Of a stretch of 32,000 bases of DNA, positions 7,022 to 15,745 are shown in pieces. The DNA is from an uncultured Chloroflexia bacterium. Lineage in GTDB: Bacteria; Chloroflexota; Ktedonobacteria; Ktedonobacterales; JADMIN01. The notes beneath the pieces are model-generated. The model had not been told where the DNA came from and ran no database searches. It was given only the letters and a program-made list of their open reading frames with translations. Location of the stretch: positions 900,001-932,000 of the forward strand of contig CAVRAI010000015.1 in the NCBI GenBank assembly GCA_963718915.1. Reading direction: 5' to 3'. The translations under genes and the position numbers were made by a program. The first letter of the stretch is position 1, and the number at the start of each line of letters is the position of its first letter.

Positions 7022-8341
7022 ATGCAATTCTTTGATCGCGCCAAAATCTATGTGAAGGCCGGACAAGGCGGCAACGGCTCCGCCCATTTCCGCCGCGAAA
7101 AATTTGCGCCCAAGGGCGGGCCTGACGGCGGCGACGGCGGCCGTGGCGGCAGTGTCTACCTGGAGACCGATGCGGGCATGAATACGCTGGTGGACTACCA
7201 CTATCGCCCACACCATAGCGCCACATCCGGTAAGGCCGGTGGCGCGCAACAGATGCATGGCGCGAAGGGGCAGGATCTTTATTTGAAGGTGCCTGCGGGC
7301 ACCGTCGTACGCGATGAGGAAACCGGCGAGCTGGTGGCCGACCTCACCGAACCGGGTCAGGTGGTGATGGTGGCGCGCGGCGGACGCGGTGGCCTGGGCA
7401 ACGTCCACTTCAAGACATCGACAAATCAGGCGCCGCGTGAATCGCAACTGGGCGAGCCAGGCGAAGAAGCGACGCTGCTGCTCGAACTCAAGCTGATCGC
7501 GGATGTGGGGCTGGTCGGCTATCCCAACGCGGGTAAGTCGACGCTGCTCTCGGTGGTGACGGCCGCCACGCCACGTATTGCTGACTATCCCTTCACCACG
7601 CTGATACCCAACCTGGGCGTGGTCGTCATCGGCGACCCCTCGCACGGGGACGACTTCAGCTTCGTGCTGGCCGATATCCCCGGTCTGATCGAGGGCGCCG
7701 CGCAGGGCGTTGGCCTGGGGCATGAGTTTCTGCGCCATGTCGAGCGCACGCGGCTGCTGCTTCATTTGATCGATGGCGGCAGTTATGAGAAGGATCCGTG
7801 GGAAGAGTTCGAGGCGATCAACCGCGAGTTGGCCGAATATAGCGCCGACCTGGCTGAGCGGCCACAGATTGTCGTGCTGACCAAAATGGATCTGCCCGAC
7901 GCGCAAGAGCGCTGGGAGATTGTGCGTGGAAGGGCCGAAGCGGCTGGCTTGACTGCGATCGCGATCTCATCCGCCACGCACGACGGCACGCAAGAGTTGA
8001 TGAACCTCGCTGCCGAGCGGCTGCGCGAACTGCGGCAGGAGGATGCCGAGCGCAAGATTGCCGAGGCGGCGTTGGCCCCAGCGAGCGGGCCCGTTCTGCG
8101 TCCAGAGCCGGAGGATGCTTTCACCATCGTCCCCGAGCCAGACGGTTACCGCGTGCGCGGCAAGCGAGTCGAGCGGATGGCGGCGATGACGAATCCCGAC
8201 AGTACGGAAGGTATGGAGCGGCTGGAGAAGCAGCTGCGCAAGATGGGCGTGCTGGACGCGCTGGAGCAGTCCGGTGTCGAGCCCGGCGACGTAATTTACT
8301 TTGGTAAGATGGAGATGATCTGGGGCGAAGAGATGTGGTGA
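7022..8341 (+). CDS. obg: GTPase Obg/CgtA
   Basis: MQFFDRAKIYVKAGQGGNGSAHFRREKFAPKGGPDGGDGGRGGSVYL (Obg fold); G1 GYPNAGKST; G3 DIPGLIEGA; TKMD; C-terminal OCT-like domain. Confidence 0.95.
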   Translation: MQFFDRAKIYVKAGQGGNGSAHFRREKFAPKGGPDGGDGGRGGSVYLETDAGMNTLVDYHYRPHHSATSGKAGGAQQMHGAKGQDLYLKVPAGTVVRDEETGELVADLTEPGQVVMVARGGRGGLGNVHFKTSTNQAPRESQLGEPGEEATLLLELKLIADVGLVGYPNAGKSTLLSVVTAATPRIADYPFTTLIPNLGVVVIGDPSHGDDFSFVLADIPGLIEGAAQGVGLGHEFLRHVERTRLLLHLIDGGSYEKDPWEEFEAINRELAEYSADLAERPQIVVLTKMDLPDAQERWEIVRGRAEAAGLTAIAISSATHDGTQELMNLAAERLRELRQEDAERKIAEAALAPASGPVLRPEPEDAFTIVPEPDGYRVRGKRVERMAAMTNPDSTEGMERLEKQLRKMGVLDALEQSGVEPGDVIYFGKMEMIWGEEMW

Positions 8342-8380
8342 TCGAGCGCCGTTCCCGGCGGAAATGGAGGCGATGGAGCC

Positions 8381-9523
8381 ATGCGTGAGGTCGTGATTGT
8401 CGAGGCGGTGCGCACGCCGATTGGGCGACGCAATGGCGCGCTCAAAGATGTGCATCCGGTGGTGTTGGCGGCGATGGCGCTGCGGGAACTGATGCAGCGA
8501 GCGAAGATTGATCCGGCGCTAGTCGAAGATGTGGTGATGGGCTGCGTCAGCCAGGTCGGCGAGCAGAGTCTCAACATCGCGCGTAACGCGGTCTTGCAGG
8601 CGGGCTTTCCTATCGAGGTACCGGCAACCACCGTGGATCGCCAGTGTGGATCAGGCCAGCAGGCCATCCACTTCGCCGCCAATCTGATCGCGGCGGGTGT
8701 TTGTGACATCACCATTGGCGCGGGCATCGAGAGTATGTCGCGCCTGCCCATCGGCTCATCCACCGCTACGGGCGGCCATCCGTTCCCGCCATCACTCCTG
8801 GAGATGTATCCGCTGACGCATCAAGGGATATCCGCCGAGATGATCGCCACAAAGTGGGAAATCCCCCGCGAGGAGCTGGACGCCTATAGTTTGCACAGCC
8901 ATCAACTGGCGGCGGCAGCTACCGATAACGGCTACTTCGACCGTGAGATCATGTCTGTCTCGCTGGCCGACGGTTCCAGCTTTACGCGCGACGAAGGCAT
9001 TCGGCGCGATACGACGCTGGAGAAGCTGGCGACATTGCAGCCCTCATTCAAGCAAGATGGCGTCATTACCGCGGGCAACAGCAGCCAGATTAGCGATGGC
9101 GCGGCGGCGGTTCTGCTGATGACGCCGGAGAAGGCAGCCGAATTGGGGCTGCGGCCACGCGCGCGTATCGTGGCGCAGAAGGTCGTGGGCGTGGATCCGG
9201 TGATGATGCTGACCGGGCCAATCCCGGCGACGAGGCAAGTGCTGGCGAAGGCCGGGCTGACGCTGGACGAGATTGATCTCTTCGAGGTGAACGAGGCGTT
9301 CGCTCCAGTGGTGCTGGCGTGGAAGCGCGAGCTACAGCCCGATATGGAGCGCGTCAACGTCAATGGCGGCGCAATTGCGCTTGGTCACCCGCTCGGCTGC
9401 TCTGGCACGCGGCTGATGACAACACTGCTACATGAGCTGGAGCGGCGCGGCGCGCGTTATGGACTCCAGACGATGTGCTGCGGCGGCGGCCTGGGTACGG
9501 CGACGATCATCGAGCGACTGTAA
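8381..9523 (+). CDS. Thiolase (acetyl-CoA C-acetyl/acyltransferase)
   Basis: MREVVIVEAVRTPIGRRNGAL, active-site VDRQCGSGQQA, C-terminal NVNGGAIALGHPLGCSG and CCGGGLG. Confidence 0.9.
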   Translation: MREVVIVEAVRTPIGRRNGALKDVHPVVLAAMALRELMQRAKIDPALVEDVVMGCVSQVGEQSLNIARNAVLQAGFPIEVPATTVDRQCGSGQQAIHFAANLIAAGVCDITIGAGIESMSRLPIGSSTATGGHPFPPSLLEMYPLTHQGISAEMIATKWEIPREELDAYSLHSHQLAAAATDNGYFDREIMSVSLADGSSFTRDEGIRRDTTLEKLATLQPSFKQDGVITAGNSSQISDGAAAVLLMTPEKAAELGLRPRARIVAQKVVGVDPVMMLTGPIPATRQVLAKAGLTLDEIDLFEVNEAFAPVVLAWKRELQPDMERVNVNGGAIALGHPLGCSGTRLMTTLLHELERRGARYGLQTMCCGGGLGTATIIERL

Positions 9524-9548
9524 CCGCGCCCCCGGTCCGCGGCCAGCT

Positions 9549-9567
9549 CCTCTCCTATTAGGAGAGG
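9549..9567 (+). terminator. Perfect 7-bp hairpin CCTCTCC-TATTA-GGAGAGG after the thiolase gene, no U tract
   Basis: Read directly, 26 nt after the stop codon. Confidence 0.3.
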
Positions 9568-9596
9568 GTGCTGTAGGGATATGAATCAGGCGGCCT

Positions 9597-10559
9597 ATGA
9601 ATATTGGCGCTGGTATTGTGTTTGGTCTGGTGGCGGCGCTCTGCTGGGGCGTCGCCGATTTCTGTGCGCGCGGCTCCTCACGAACAGGTGGGACGTTCCT
9701 TACGCTGTTCTATGTCGAGATCATCGCGACGCTGGGCATGCTGGCGCTCAATCTGCCACTTGGGCTGATTTCCTTTGCGCACGCGACTCCGGGCAATGTG
9801 GCGCTTGCGATCGTCATCAATCTGGCGATTCTGGGTGGCGCGGCATTGCTCTATCGCGCGTTTGCCATCGGCACGCTCTCGCTGGTCTCGCCGATTGCCG
9901 CCAGTTTCGCCGCTGTCACGGCCCTGCTCGCGCTGCTGAATGGCGAGCAGGCGAATCCTCTGCAACTCGTCGGCATCGTGATGACGGTGGCAGGCGTGAC
10001 GGTTGCTAGCACGGCGCCTGCCTCCACTACGGACAACGCCGAACAGCGCGCGAAGGCCGCTGCGCTGCATGTGGGTCGCTGGCGGCTGGCTCCAGGGCTG
10101 GTTGAGGCGCTCGGCGCGATGCTGGTCTTTGGTATCTGTTATTGGACGTTGCGCTTTCCAGTGGCGGCGCTTGGCGGCACGACGACGGTCTTCATCTCGA
10201 AGGTCGCCGATATGGTAGTCCTGACGCTCATTGCACTGGTGGGGCTGGTTCTATACCGCCTCCGCAGCCGAGGGAGCCGCGAGCGCAGGAGCGGAAGCGC
10301 GCCGTGGTATGTGATCCGCAGGCCAGCGCGTTCGTTCTGGCTGTGGGTTGTGCCGGTGGCGCTGCTCGATACCGCCGCCAACGTCGCCTATAACCTCGGC
10401 ATCACGGTCTCACTGATCGCCGTCGTCTCGGTCATCTCATCGCTCTTCAGCGCGGTGACGGTGCTGATGGCGTGGGTGTTTCTGCGCGAGCGGCTGGCGC
10501 GCTGGCAGTGGGCGGGCGTCGGCGCGATTCTCGTTGGCATCGCGCTGGTGAGTGTGTAA
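9597..10559 (+). CDS. EamA/DMT-superfamily transporter
   Basis: About 10 predicted hydrophobic helices in two halves. N-terminus GIVFGLVAALCWGVADF is typical of EamA repeats. Confidence 0.75.
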   Translation: MNIGAGIVFGLVAALCWGVADFCARGSSRTGGTFLTLFYVEIIATLGMLALNLPLGLISFAHATPGNVALAIVINLAILGGAALLYRAFAIGTLSLVSPIAASFAAVTALLALLNGEQANPLQLVGIVMTVAGVTVASTAPASTTDNAEQRAKAAALHVGRWRLAPGLVEALGAMLVFGICYWTLRFPVAALGGTTTVFISKVADMVVLTLIALVGLVLYRLRSRGSRERRSGSAPWYVIRRPARSFWLWVVPVALLDTAANVAYNLGITVSLIAVVSVISSLFSAVTVLMAWVFLRERLARWQWAGVGAILVGIALVSV

Positions 10560-10568
10560 TCATCTAGC

Positions 10569-10952
10569 CTAGAGAGGCAACCGTGTAATGAGATTGCGCC
10601 ATTCCTCATGGCTGCTGGCTTCCCATACGAGTAATAGCGCTTCTATCGCCTGTCCAATGGCCACCTTACGTGAGACGAGCATGATGCCGGGACTCTGGTT
10701 GCCTTCTGCGATAAACGCCGCAAAGTGATAGGGCATAGTGCGCTTGTCGTGGCTGATGAGAATTCGGTCGTGCTGAGCGGCATAGGCAAGAACGGCTGGA
10801 TCTGGAAATCCAAGGATGCCTGCCTGGGGAGCCGTCAGGATATCTACCCCAGGTTGTCGGAGACGCAGACCCTGCACAATGACGTAATCGAAGTTTTCAT
10901 CCGCAAGAAATCGCACCCGGCTTTGTATCATCTCGCCCGGCGCATCGCTCAT
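10569..10952 (-). CDS. DUF5615-family PIN-like (Mut7-C-like) putative toxin
   Basis: RFLADENFDYVIVQGLR...ILISHDKR matches the DUF5615 pattern. Its ATG overlaps the stop of the upstream DUF433 gene (ATGA). Confidence 0.7.
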   Translation of the reverse strand: MSDAPGEMIQSRVRFLADENFDYVIVQGLRLRQPGVDILTAPQAGILGFPDPAVLAYAAQHDRILISHDKRTMPYHFAAFIAEGNQSPGIMLVSRKVAIGQAIEALLLVWEASSHEEWRNLITRLPL

Positions 10953-11278
10953 GACGCCTGAATTCCCAGGCGGTCGCGAGCCTGTTCAAACCGCTGGCGC
11001 ATGTCATCATGGAATGCTCTATGAGTTGCTTCATCTGAAGCTTGGCGGAGCGCATCTAGCTCATCGGTTTCGCCGAAGAAGGCGTCTGCCTCCCCCTTAT
11101 GTTCCAGGTAGTAGGTGATCGCACCGTAGATGGCGACCAGCGGCACGGTGGGAAAGCTATCGTGCAATTGCTCAGGAGTGCGCCCGGATTGCCATGCTTC
11201 GATGAGTGTCTGCAATGTGACGCGGCTATCTCCAATGTACAGATTGCCCTCGCGGGATTCTACGTATGCCGTCATCAC
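10949..11278 (-). CDS. DUF433-family putative antitoxin (HTH-like)
   Basis: IGDSRVTLQTLIEAWQSGRTPEQLHDSFPTVPLVAIYGAITYYLEH matches the DUF433 pattern. Translationally coupled to the PIN-like gene. Confidence 0.7.
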   Translation of the reverse strand: MMTAYVESREGNLYIGDSRVTLQTLIEAWQSGRTPEQLHDSFPTVPLVAIYGAITYYLEHKGEADAFFGETDELDALRQASDEATHRAFHDDMRQRFEQARDRLGIQAS

Positions 11279-11308
11279 TTGTCACTCCTTTCACCTTCTG
11301 AATACGGG

Positions 11309-11317
11309 CATTGTACC
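11309..11317 (-). promoter_or_regulatory. Extended -10 TGGTACAAT for the DUF433/DUF5615 operon
   Basis: Minus strand reads TGGTACAAT. An AAAGGAG RBS follows before the ATG at 11278. Confidence 0.45.
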
Positions 11318-11363
11318 ATACAGCCCCTTATCTCTCCTGCGCGTGTTGCCGTTCGACGAAGGG

Positions 11364-11750
11364 CTACCGCAGCAGAATACGCAGAACAAGAAACACTGAG
11401 AACGCCGCGAGCAACAGCCATATTCCGATGATGATGCCAGCCGCAACCCAGTTCGTTGGTCTGCCCTCGCGTAGCGCGTCATTGGCGCGCTCGCGGCACT
11501 CCGCCATCACGTCCGATGGGATCAGCCGCAGCGCCAGCACAATGCCGAGGGGAAGAAGTATCAGGTCGTCAAGCAGGCCAAGAATTGGGATGAAGTCGGG
11601 GATGAGGTCGAGGGGCGTGAACGCATAAGTGACGACGACCGCCGCAAACGCTCGCGCATACCATGGCACGCGTGGATCGCGATATGCCAGGTAGAGCGCA
11701 TAGAGTTCCGCCTTGAGCCGACGCGCGCGTTTCTTGAAACCGTCCAGCAT
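11364..11750 (-). CDS. DUF1232 (YkvA-like) small membrane protein
   Basis: [39 protein letters not shown] is the DUF1232 signature. The ATG at 11750 is preceded by AAGGTGGA. The longer track ORF start is rejected. Confidence 0.7.
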   Translation of the reverse strand: MLDGFKKRARRLKAELYALYLAYRDPRVPWYARAFAAVVVTYAFTPLDLIPDFIPILGLLDDLILLPLGIVLALRLIPSDVMAECRERANDALREGRPTNWVAAGIIIGIWLLLAAFSVFLVLRILLR

Positions 11751-11829
11751 GTTCCACCTTCTCCGTCTGACCTCTGTATCCAAGTATCTCACATGGTCCT
11801 CTAACGTCCTGACCGCGCCCGTGCAGCCG

Positions 11830-11838
11830 TGGTATGCT
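11830..11838 (+). promoter_or_regulatory. Extended -10 TGGTATGCT for the TPP-enzyme gene
   Basis: Located in the divergent 115-bp gap between the DUF1232 gene and the TPP-enzyme gene. Confidence 0.35.
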
Positions 11839-11865
11839 GGCGACGAGATCGTAACGGACACGAAC

Positions 11866-13551
11866 ATGCCAGAGAAGGCGAGGCAATATGCGATGGACGA
11901 GGTGATGCTTCACGGCGGGCTACTGGTGGCGAAGATGCTCAAGCAGGAGGGCGTCGAGGTCGTCTTTACACTCAGCGGTGGCCATATCGCCGCCATCTAC
12001 GATGGCTGTGTGCGCGAGGGCATCCGCGTGATGGATACACGTCACGAGCAGGTAGCAGTACATGCCGCCGAGGGGTGGGCGAAGGTCACTCGCACGCCCG
12101 GTGTCGCGCTGCTAACGGCGGGGCCGGGCGTGACCGACGGCGTCACGGGCATCGCCAACGCCTATCTTGCGGGCAGCCCGGTGCTGGTCTTTGGCGGCGC
12201 GGCCCCCGTCTCCCACTGGGATCAGGGCGCGCTTCAGGAGCTGCGCCACGTGGAACTGGTCCGGCCCATCACCAAATGGGCGCGTACTGTTGTGCAGACG
12301 AACCGGCTCGCCGAATACACCGCGATGGCTTTCCGCGAGGCGACGGCGGAGCGGCCCGGCCCGGTCTTCCTCGAATGCCCGATGGATGTGCTCAACAACT
12401 TCGTTCAAACCGCTGAATGCCGCATTCCCAGCCCTGGCTATCGCACTGAAGGACATCCACAGGGTGATCCTGAACTGGTCGAGCGGGCGGCAGCGCTGCT
12501 GGCGAAGGCCGAGCGACCGGTCATCTTCGCGGGCACGACCGTCTGGTGGGATGACGCCGCTGGGCCGCTACGTGCGCTCGCCGAGCAGCTTCAGGCGCCG
12601 GTCTTCCTCAATGGCAGCGGACGAGGCAGTCTGCCACCCGACCATCCGTTCTTTTTCTCCTACGCCCGCCGCGCCGCGCTGAGCAACGCCGATCTGCTGC
12701 TGGTGGTCGGCACGAAGCTGGACTTCCGCCTGAACTACGGCCAGCCGCCGCTCATTCCTGCCGAGGCGAAGGTTATCTGGCTGGATCGGCTCGAAAGCGA
12801 GATTGGTGTCAATCGCAGCGCCGATGTCGGCATCGCGGGGAATGTTGCCGCGACACTCGGACAACTGAGCGCGGCGCTCGGCAAATCTGGCAAAGTGGGC
12901 AAAACAAAAGCCTGGCTGCGTACGCTACACGAGCAGGAAGAGAAGGCGCGTGCGGCTGAGGAGGCGCTGATGGCGTCAGACTCCGCGCCGATTCATCCAC
13001 TGCGCCTCTGCCGTGACCTGCGTGACGCGCTTGACCGCGACGCCTATGTGATTGGCGACGGCGGCGATATCGTCAGCTATGGCGCGCGCGTTATCAACGC
13101 CTGGGAGCCGGGCCACTGGCTCGACGCTGGCCCGATGGGTACGCTTGGCGCTGGGACCGGCTTCGCGATTGCGACGAAGATCGCCCGACCAGACAAGCAG
13201 GTGGCGGTGCTCTTTGGCGACGGCGCGTTTGGCTTGAATGGCATGGAGTTCGAGACGATGGCGCGACACAACCTGCCAGTAGTCGCGGTCATTGGCAACG
13301 ATGGTCAATGGGCGCAGATCAAGCATCCGCAGAAGGCGATGCTTGGCCACAGCACCGCCGCCGACCTTGCGCCGGGTACGCGCTACGACCGGATGGTGGA
13401 GGCGCTCGGCGGCTATGGCGAACTGGTGACAGAGCCGGATCAGATACGGCCCGCCATCGAGCGCGCATTCGCCTCGGGCAAGCCTGCCTGCGTCAACGTG
13501 CTGACCGATCCCACTGTCGTTTACGGTCGCTCAACCCAGGCCGCCGTGTAG
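11866..13551 (+). CDS. Thiamine-pyrophosphate enzyme of the acetolactate synthase / oxalyl-CoA decarboxylase / 2-hydroxyacyl-CoA lyase family
   Basis: [41 protein letters not shown]-terminal TPP motif [30 protein letters not shown]. No ilvN or ilvC nearby, so no specific ilvB call. Start is ATG 11866, or ATG 11893 which has the better RBS (AAGGCGAGG). Confidence 0.85.
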   Translation: MPEKARQYAMDEVMLHGGLLVAKMLKQEGVEVVFTLSGGHIAAIYDGCVREGIRVMDTRHEQVAVHAAEGWAKVTRTPGVALLTAGPGVTDGVTGIANAYLAGSPVLVFGGAAPVSHWDQGALQELRHVELVRPITKWARTVVQTNRLAEYTAMAFREATAERPGPVFLECPMDVLNNFVQTAECRIPSPGYRTEGHPQGDPELVERAAALLAKAERPVIFAGTTVWWDDAAGPLRALAEQLQAPVFLNGSGRGSLPPDHPFFFSYARRAALSNADLLLVVGTKLDFRLNYGQPPLIPAEAKVIWLDRLESEIGVNRSADVGIAGNVAATLGQLSAALGKSGKVGKTKAWLRTLHEQEEKARAAEEALMASDSAPIHPLRLCRDLRDALDRDAYVIGDGGDIVSYGARVINAWEPGHWLDAGPMGTLGAGTGFAIATKIARPDKQVAVLFGDGAFGLNGMEFETMARHNLPVVAVIGNDGQWAQIKHPQKAMLGHSTAADLAPGTRYDRMVEALGGYGELVTEPDQIRPAIERAFASGKPACVNVLTDPTVVYGRSTQAAV

Positions 13552-13604
13552 CGCCTGTCAAAGACATGACCTCGAGAGGTCGGCAAACCTCCACGAGTCT
13601 CCTG

Positions 13605-13631
13605 TGTCACCTCTATCATATATGTGGGGTT
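13605..13631 (+). promoter_or_regulatory. Candidate ECF-type promoter TGTCACC-N16-GGTT upstream of the sigma factor gene (possible autoregulation)
   Basis: Shares TGTCAC-N17-GGT with the site at 14612-14638 and resembles the published ECF41 motif TGTCACA-N16-CGTC as I recall it. Confidence 0.35.
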
Positions 13632-13664
13632 CCCTGGATGGCGCCGCCCAATGAGAGGATGTGA

Positions 13665-13688
13665 CACATGGATGAGCACATGGATGAG
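13665..13688 (+). repeat. Perfect 12-bp tandem duplication CACATGGATGAG x2 spanning the sigma factor start codon
   Basis: Read directly. It gives two in-frame ATGs (13668 and 13680) and the N-terminus MDEHMDE. Confidence 0.85.
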
Positions 13689-14564
13689 AATGCCTGGCTG
13701 GCCGAACGCTTCGAGGCAAACCGCTCCCATTTGCGCGGCGTCGCCTATCGCATGCTCGGCTCCCTATCCGATGCGGACGACGCAGTCCAGGAAGCGTGGA
13801 TCCGCCTCAGCGGCGCCGACTCAGGCGCGATTGACAATCTGCGGGCTTGGTTGACGACGGTCGTCGGGCGGGTCTGTCTCAACATGTTGCGCTTGCGCGG
13901 GACGCGCCGCGAAGTGTCCCTGGAGACCCACGTCCCGGATCCCATTGTGAGTCCGGAGGAGGGAATAAATCCCGAGCAGGAAGTCTTGCTGGGCGATTCC
14001 GTCGGGCTTGCATTATTCGTTGTCCTCGACACACTTGCGCCCGCTGAACGGGTCGCCTTCGTGCTGCACGACATCTTCGCCGTGCCGTTCGACGAGGTGG
14101 CGCCGATCGTTGGCCGAACGCCGACAGCGGCCCGGCAGCTGGCGAGCCGTGCTCGTCGCCGGGTCCAGGACGCCCCTGTGCCCAACGTGGATCTCGCTGG
14201 CCAGTGGGCCGTCGCCGATGCCTTTCTTGCCGCGGCGCGCGTCGGCGACTTCGAACGTCTCCTCACCGTCCTCGATCCGGACATCGTGCTGCGTTCCGAT
14301 GGCGGGGTTGCGCGTCCAGATCTGATCTCCCTCGTGCGCGGCGCGCGGGCCGTCGCTGAGCAGGCGATGACCTTCCGCCGGTTTGCGGAAACGGCGACGC
14401 GGATCCTCGTGAATGGGATACCCGGTGGCGTCGCCTGGGCGCCTGATGGGAGTCCATTTGCGATCCTCGCCCTGACCGTCAACGGCGGGAGGATCGTCGA
14501 GATCGAAGTGCTCGCGGATCCGGAACGACTCGGCCAACTGGACCTCACCGCAGTCGCTGGCTGA
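13668..14564 (+). CDS. ECF sigma-70 family factor with a fused C-terminal SnoaL/NTF2-like extension (SigJ / ECF41-56-like)
   Basis: Region 2 DADDAVQEAWIRL...LRAWLTTVVGRVCLNMLR; region 4 ERVAFVLHDIFAVPFDEVAPIVGRTPTAARQLASRARRRV. A roughly 110-aa extension follows, with LRSDGG and ADPERL motifs. No anti-sigma gene is adjacent. Confidence 0.85.
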   Translation: MDEHMDENAWLAERFEANRSHLRGVAYRMLGSLSDADDAVQEAWIRLSGADSGAIDNLRAWLTTVVGRVCLNMLRLRGTRREVSLETHVPDPIVSPEEGINPEQEVLLGDSVGLALFVVLDTLAPAERVAFVLHDIFAVPFDEVAPIVGRTPTAARQLASRARRRVQDAPVPNVDLAGQWAVADAFLAAARVGDFERLLTVLDPDIVLRSDGGVARPDLISLVRGARAVAEQAMTFRRFAETATRILVNGIPGGVAWAPDGSPFAILALTVNGGRIVEIEVLADPERLGQLDLTAVAG

Positions 14565-14611
14565 GGGTTCGAGGCCTTCCAAGTCTCTTAGGCGGCTCTC
14601 ACGTCACGTCA

Positions 14612-14638
14612 TGTCACGTCCGCACCTTCATGCGGGTC
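14612..14638 (+). promoter_or_regulatory. Candidate ECF-type promoter TGTCACG-N16-GGTC upstream of the DUF385 oxidoreductase gene
   Basis: Same architecture as the site at 13605-13631. Embedded in a CACGTC x3 direct-repeat patch (about 14600-14620), 60 nt upstream of the ATG at 14698. Confidence 0.35.
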
Positions 14639-14697
14639 TTCTGTGTAGCGCCGGAACGAACTGGCGCAAGAAGTCACAAGAATAAGGAGTTGCGTAC

Positions 14698-15189
14698 ATG
14701 AGCAATCCAACTATGAGTGATCAAATGCGGAAGGTCGCAGTGGCGCCTACCCTACGGGTTCCACGGCGGGTTCTATTCTTCGGCGCCATCTTGAAGTTCC
14801 TAATGAAAGCTGGCGTTCCGCTGGGCTTTAACAGGCTCGTCACCATTCGCGGCCGGAAGAGCGGCCAGCCTCGCACCACTCCATTGGCGGTCATTGAGGT
14901 AGGAGGCAGGCGTTGGGTCTGGTCCCCCTGGGGCGAGTCCCAATGGGTGCGCAACATGCGCGCGGCCAGCCGCGCGACCATCGCGGTGCGCGGCCAGACA
15001 GAAGAAGTAACTGCGACCGAGCTGGATCCAACGGAGCGCGTTGAGTACTTCCGCGACGTCCTCGGTCCTCTCGCGCGAAGCATCCCATTCGGAATCTGGT
15101 TCATCCACTTCGTTGACGGTGTTGATCTCAACGATCCGGTGGCAGCAGCCGAGGGGCGACGGGTCTTCGAACTCTACCCAGTTCGATAA
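14698..15189 (+). CDS. DUF385 / deazaflavin-dependent nitroreductase-family (split beta-barrel) oxidoreductase
   Basis: LVTIRGRKSGQPRTTPLAVIEVGGRRWVWSPWGESQWVRNMRA resembles the F420-dependent nitroreductase (DUF385) family. An AAGGAG RBS lies 7 nt upstream. Confidence 0.6.
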   Translation: MSNPTMSDQMRKVAVAPTLRVPRRVLFFGAILKFLMKAGVPLGFNRLVTIRGRKSGQPRTTPLAVIEVGGRRWVWSPWGESQWVRNMRAASRATIAVRGQTEEVTATELDPTERVEYFRDVLGPLARSIPFGIWFIHFVDGVDLNDPVAAAEGRRVFELYPVR

Positions 15190-15267
15190 AGTCCGCCGAC
15201 CCCGAAGATCGGGCCGCACGTACGCTCGGTTATCCTTCCCATGTCGGCGAGGATGGCCGAGCGCTGC

Positions 15268-15663
15268 TTATCCACCAAGAACCGCAATGGCCTCGACTTC
15301 GAGCAGAAATTCCTCGCGGGCAAGACGTCGAATCTCGACAGCAGTGCTGGTGGGCAGTTGTTCAGGGTGGATGAACTGGTCACGCACCTCGCGGACAACC
15401 GGCATCTGGGTCATATCGACGATGAAATAGGTGAGTTTGACCACATCACGAAAGCCGCCGCCCACAGTGCGGAGCGCAATGTGGAGATTCTCGAAGACCT
15501 GTTGCGCTTGAGCGCGCATGTCGCCATGGCCTACGATGTTGCCTGATGGGTCAAGCGCCACCTGCCCGGAGATGTAGACCGTGCGGGCGCCGGTCGCTTC
15601 GACGACGTGCGTGTATCCGGTCGGGTGCGCGAGCGTTGGAGGGTTGATATATCGATGCGCCAT
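15268..15663 (-). CDS. ridA: RidA/YjgF-family reactive-intermediate deaminase
   Basis: GYTHVVEATGARTVYISGQVALDPSGNIVG...QVFENL...VVKLTYFIVDM...AVEIRRLAREEFLLEVEAIAV. The ATG at 15663 is preceded by AGGAGG. Confidence 0.85.
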   Translation of the reverse strand: MAHRYINPPTLAHPTGYTHVVEATGARTVYISGQVALDPSGNIVGHGDMRAQAQQVFENLHIALRTVGGGFRDVVKLTYFIVDMTQMPVVREVRDQFIHPEQLPTSTAVEIRRLAREEFLLEVEAIAVLGG

Positions 15664-15704
15664 GTTCGTCCTCCTGGACTTTACCTGGATGGCCAGCAGC
15701 AGGC

Positions 15705-15713
15705 ATTGTATCA
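15705..15713 (-). promoter_or_regulatory. Extended -10 TGATACAAT for ridA
   Basis: Minus strand reads TGATACAAT, about 40 nt upstream of the ridA ATG. Confidence 0.45.
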
Positions 15714-15745
15714 CCGTCTAGAGCTTTGAGAGGGAGAGTGAAGTG

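Noticed and set aside
15190-15267. Bidirectional terminator between the convergent DUF385 and ridA genes
   Set aside because: Only a weak 5-bp stem (CCCGA-AGA-TCGGG) with no U tract. This is not enough to call.
15268-15276. Near-consensus DnaA box TTATCCACC
   Set aside because: It is a single isolated copy lying at the 3' end of ridA, consistent with chance.
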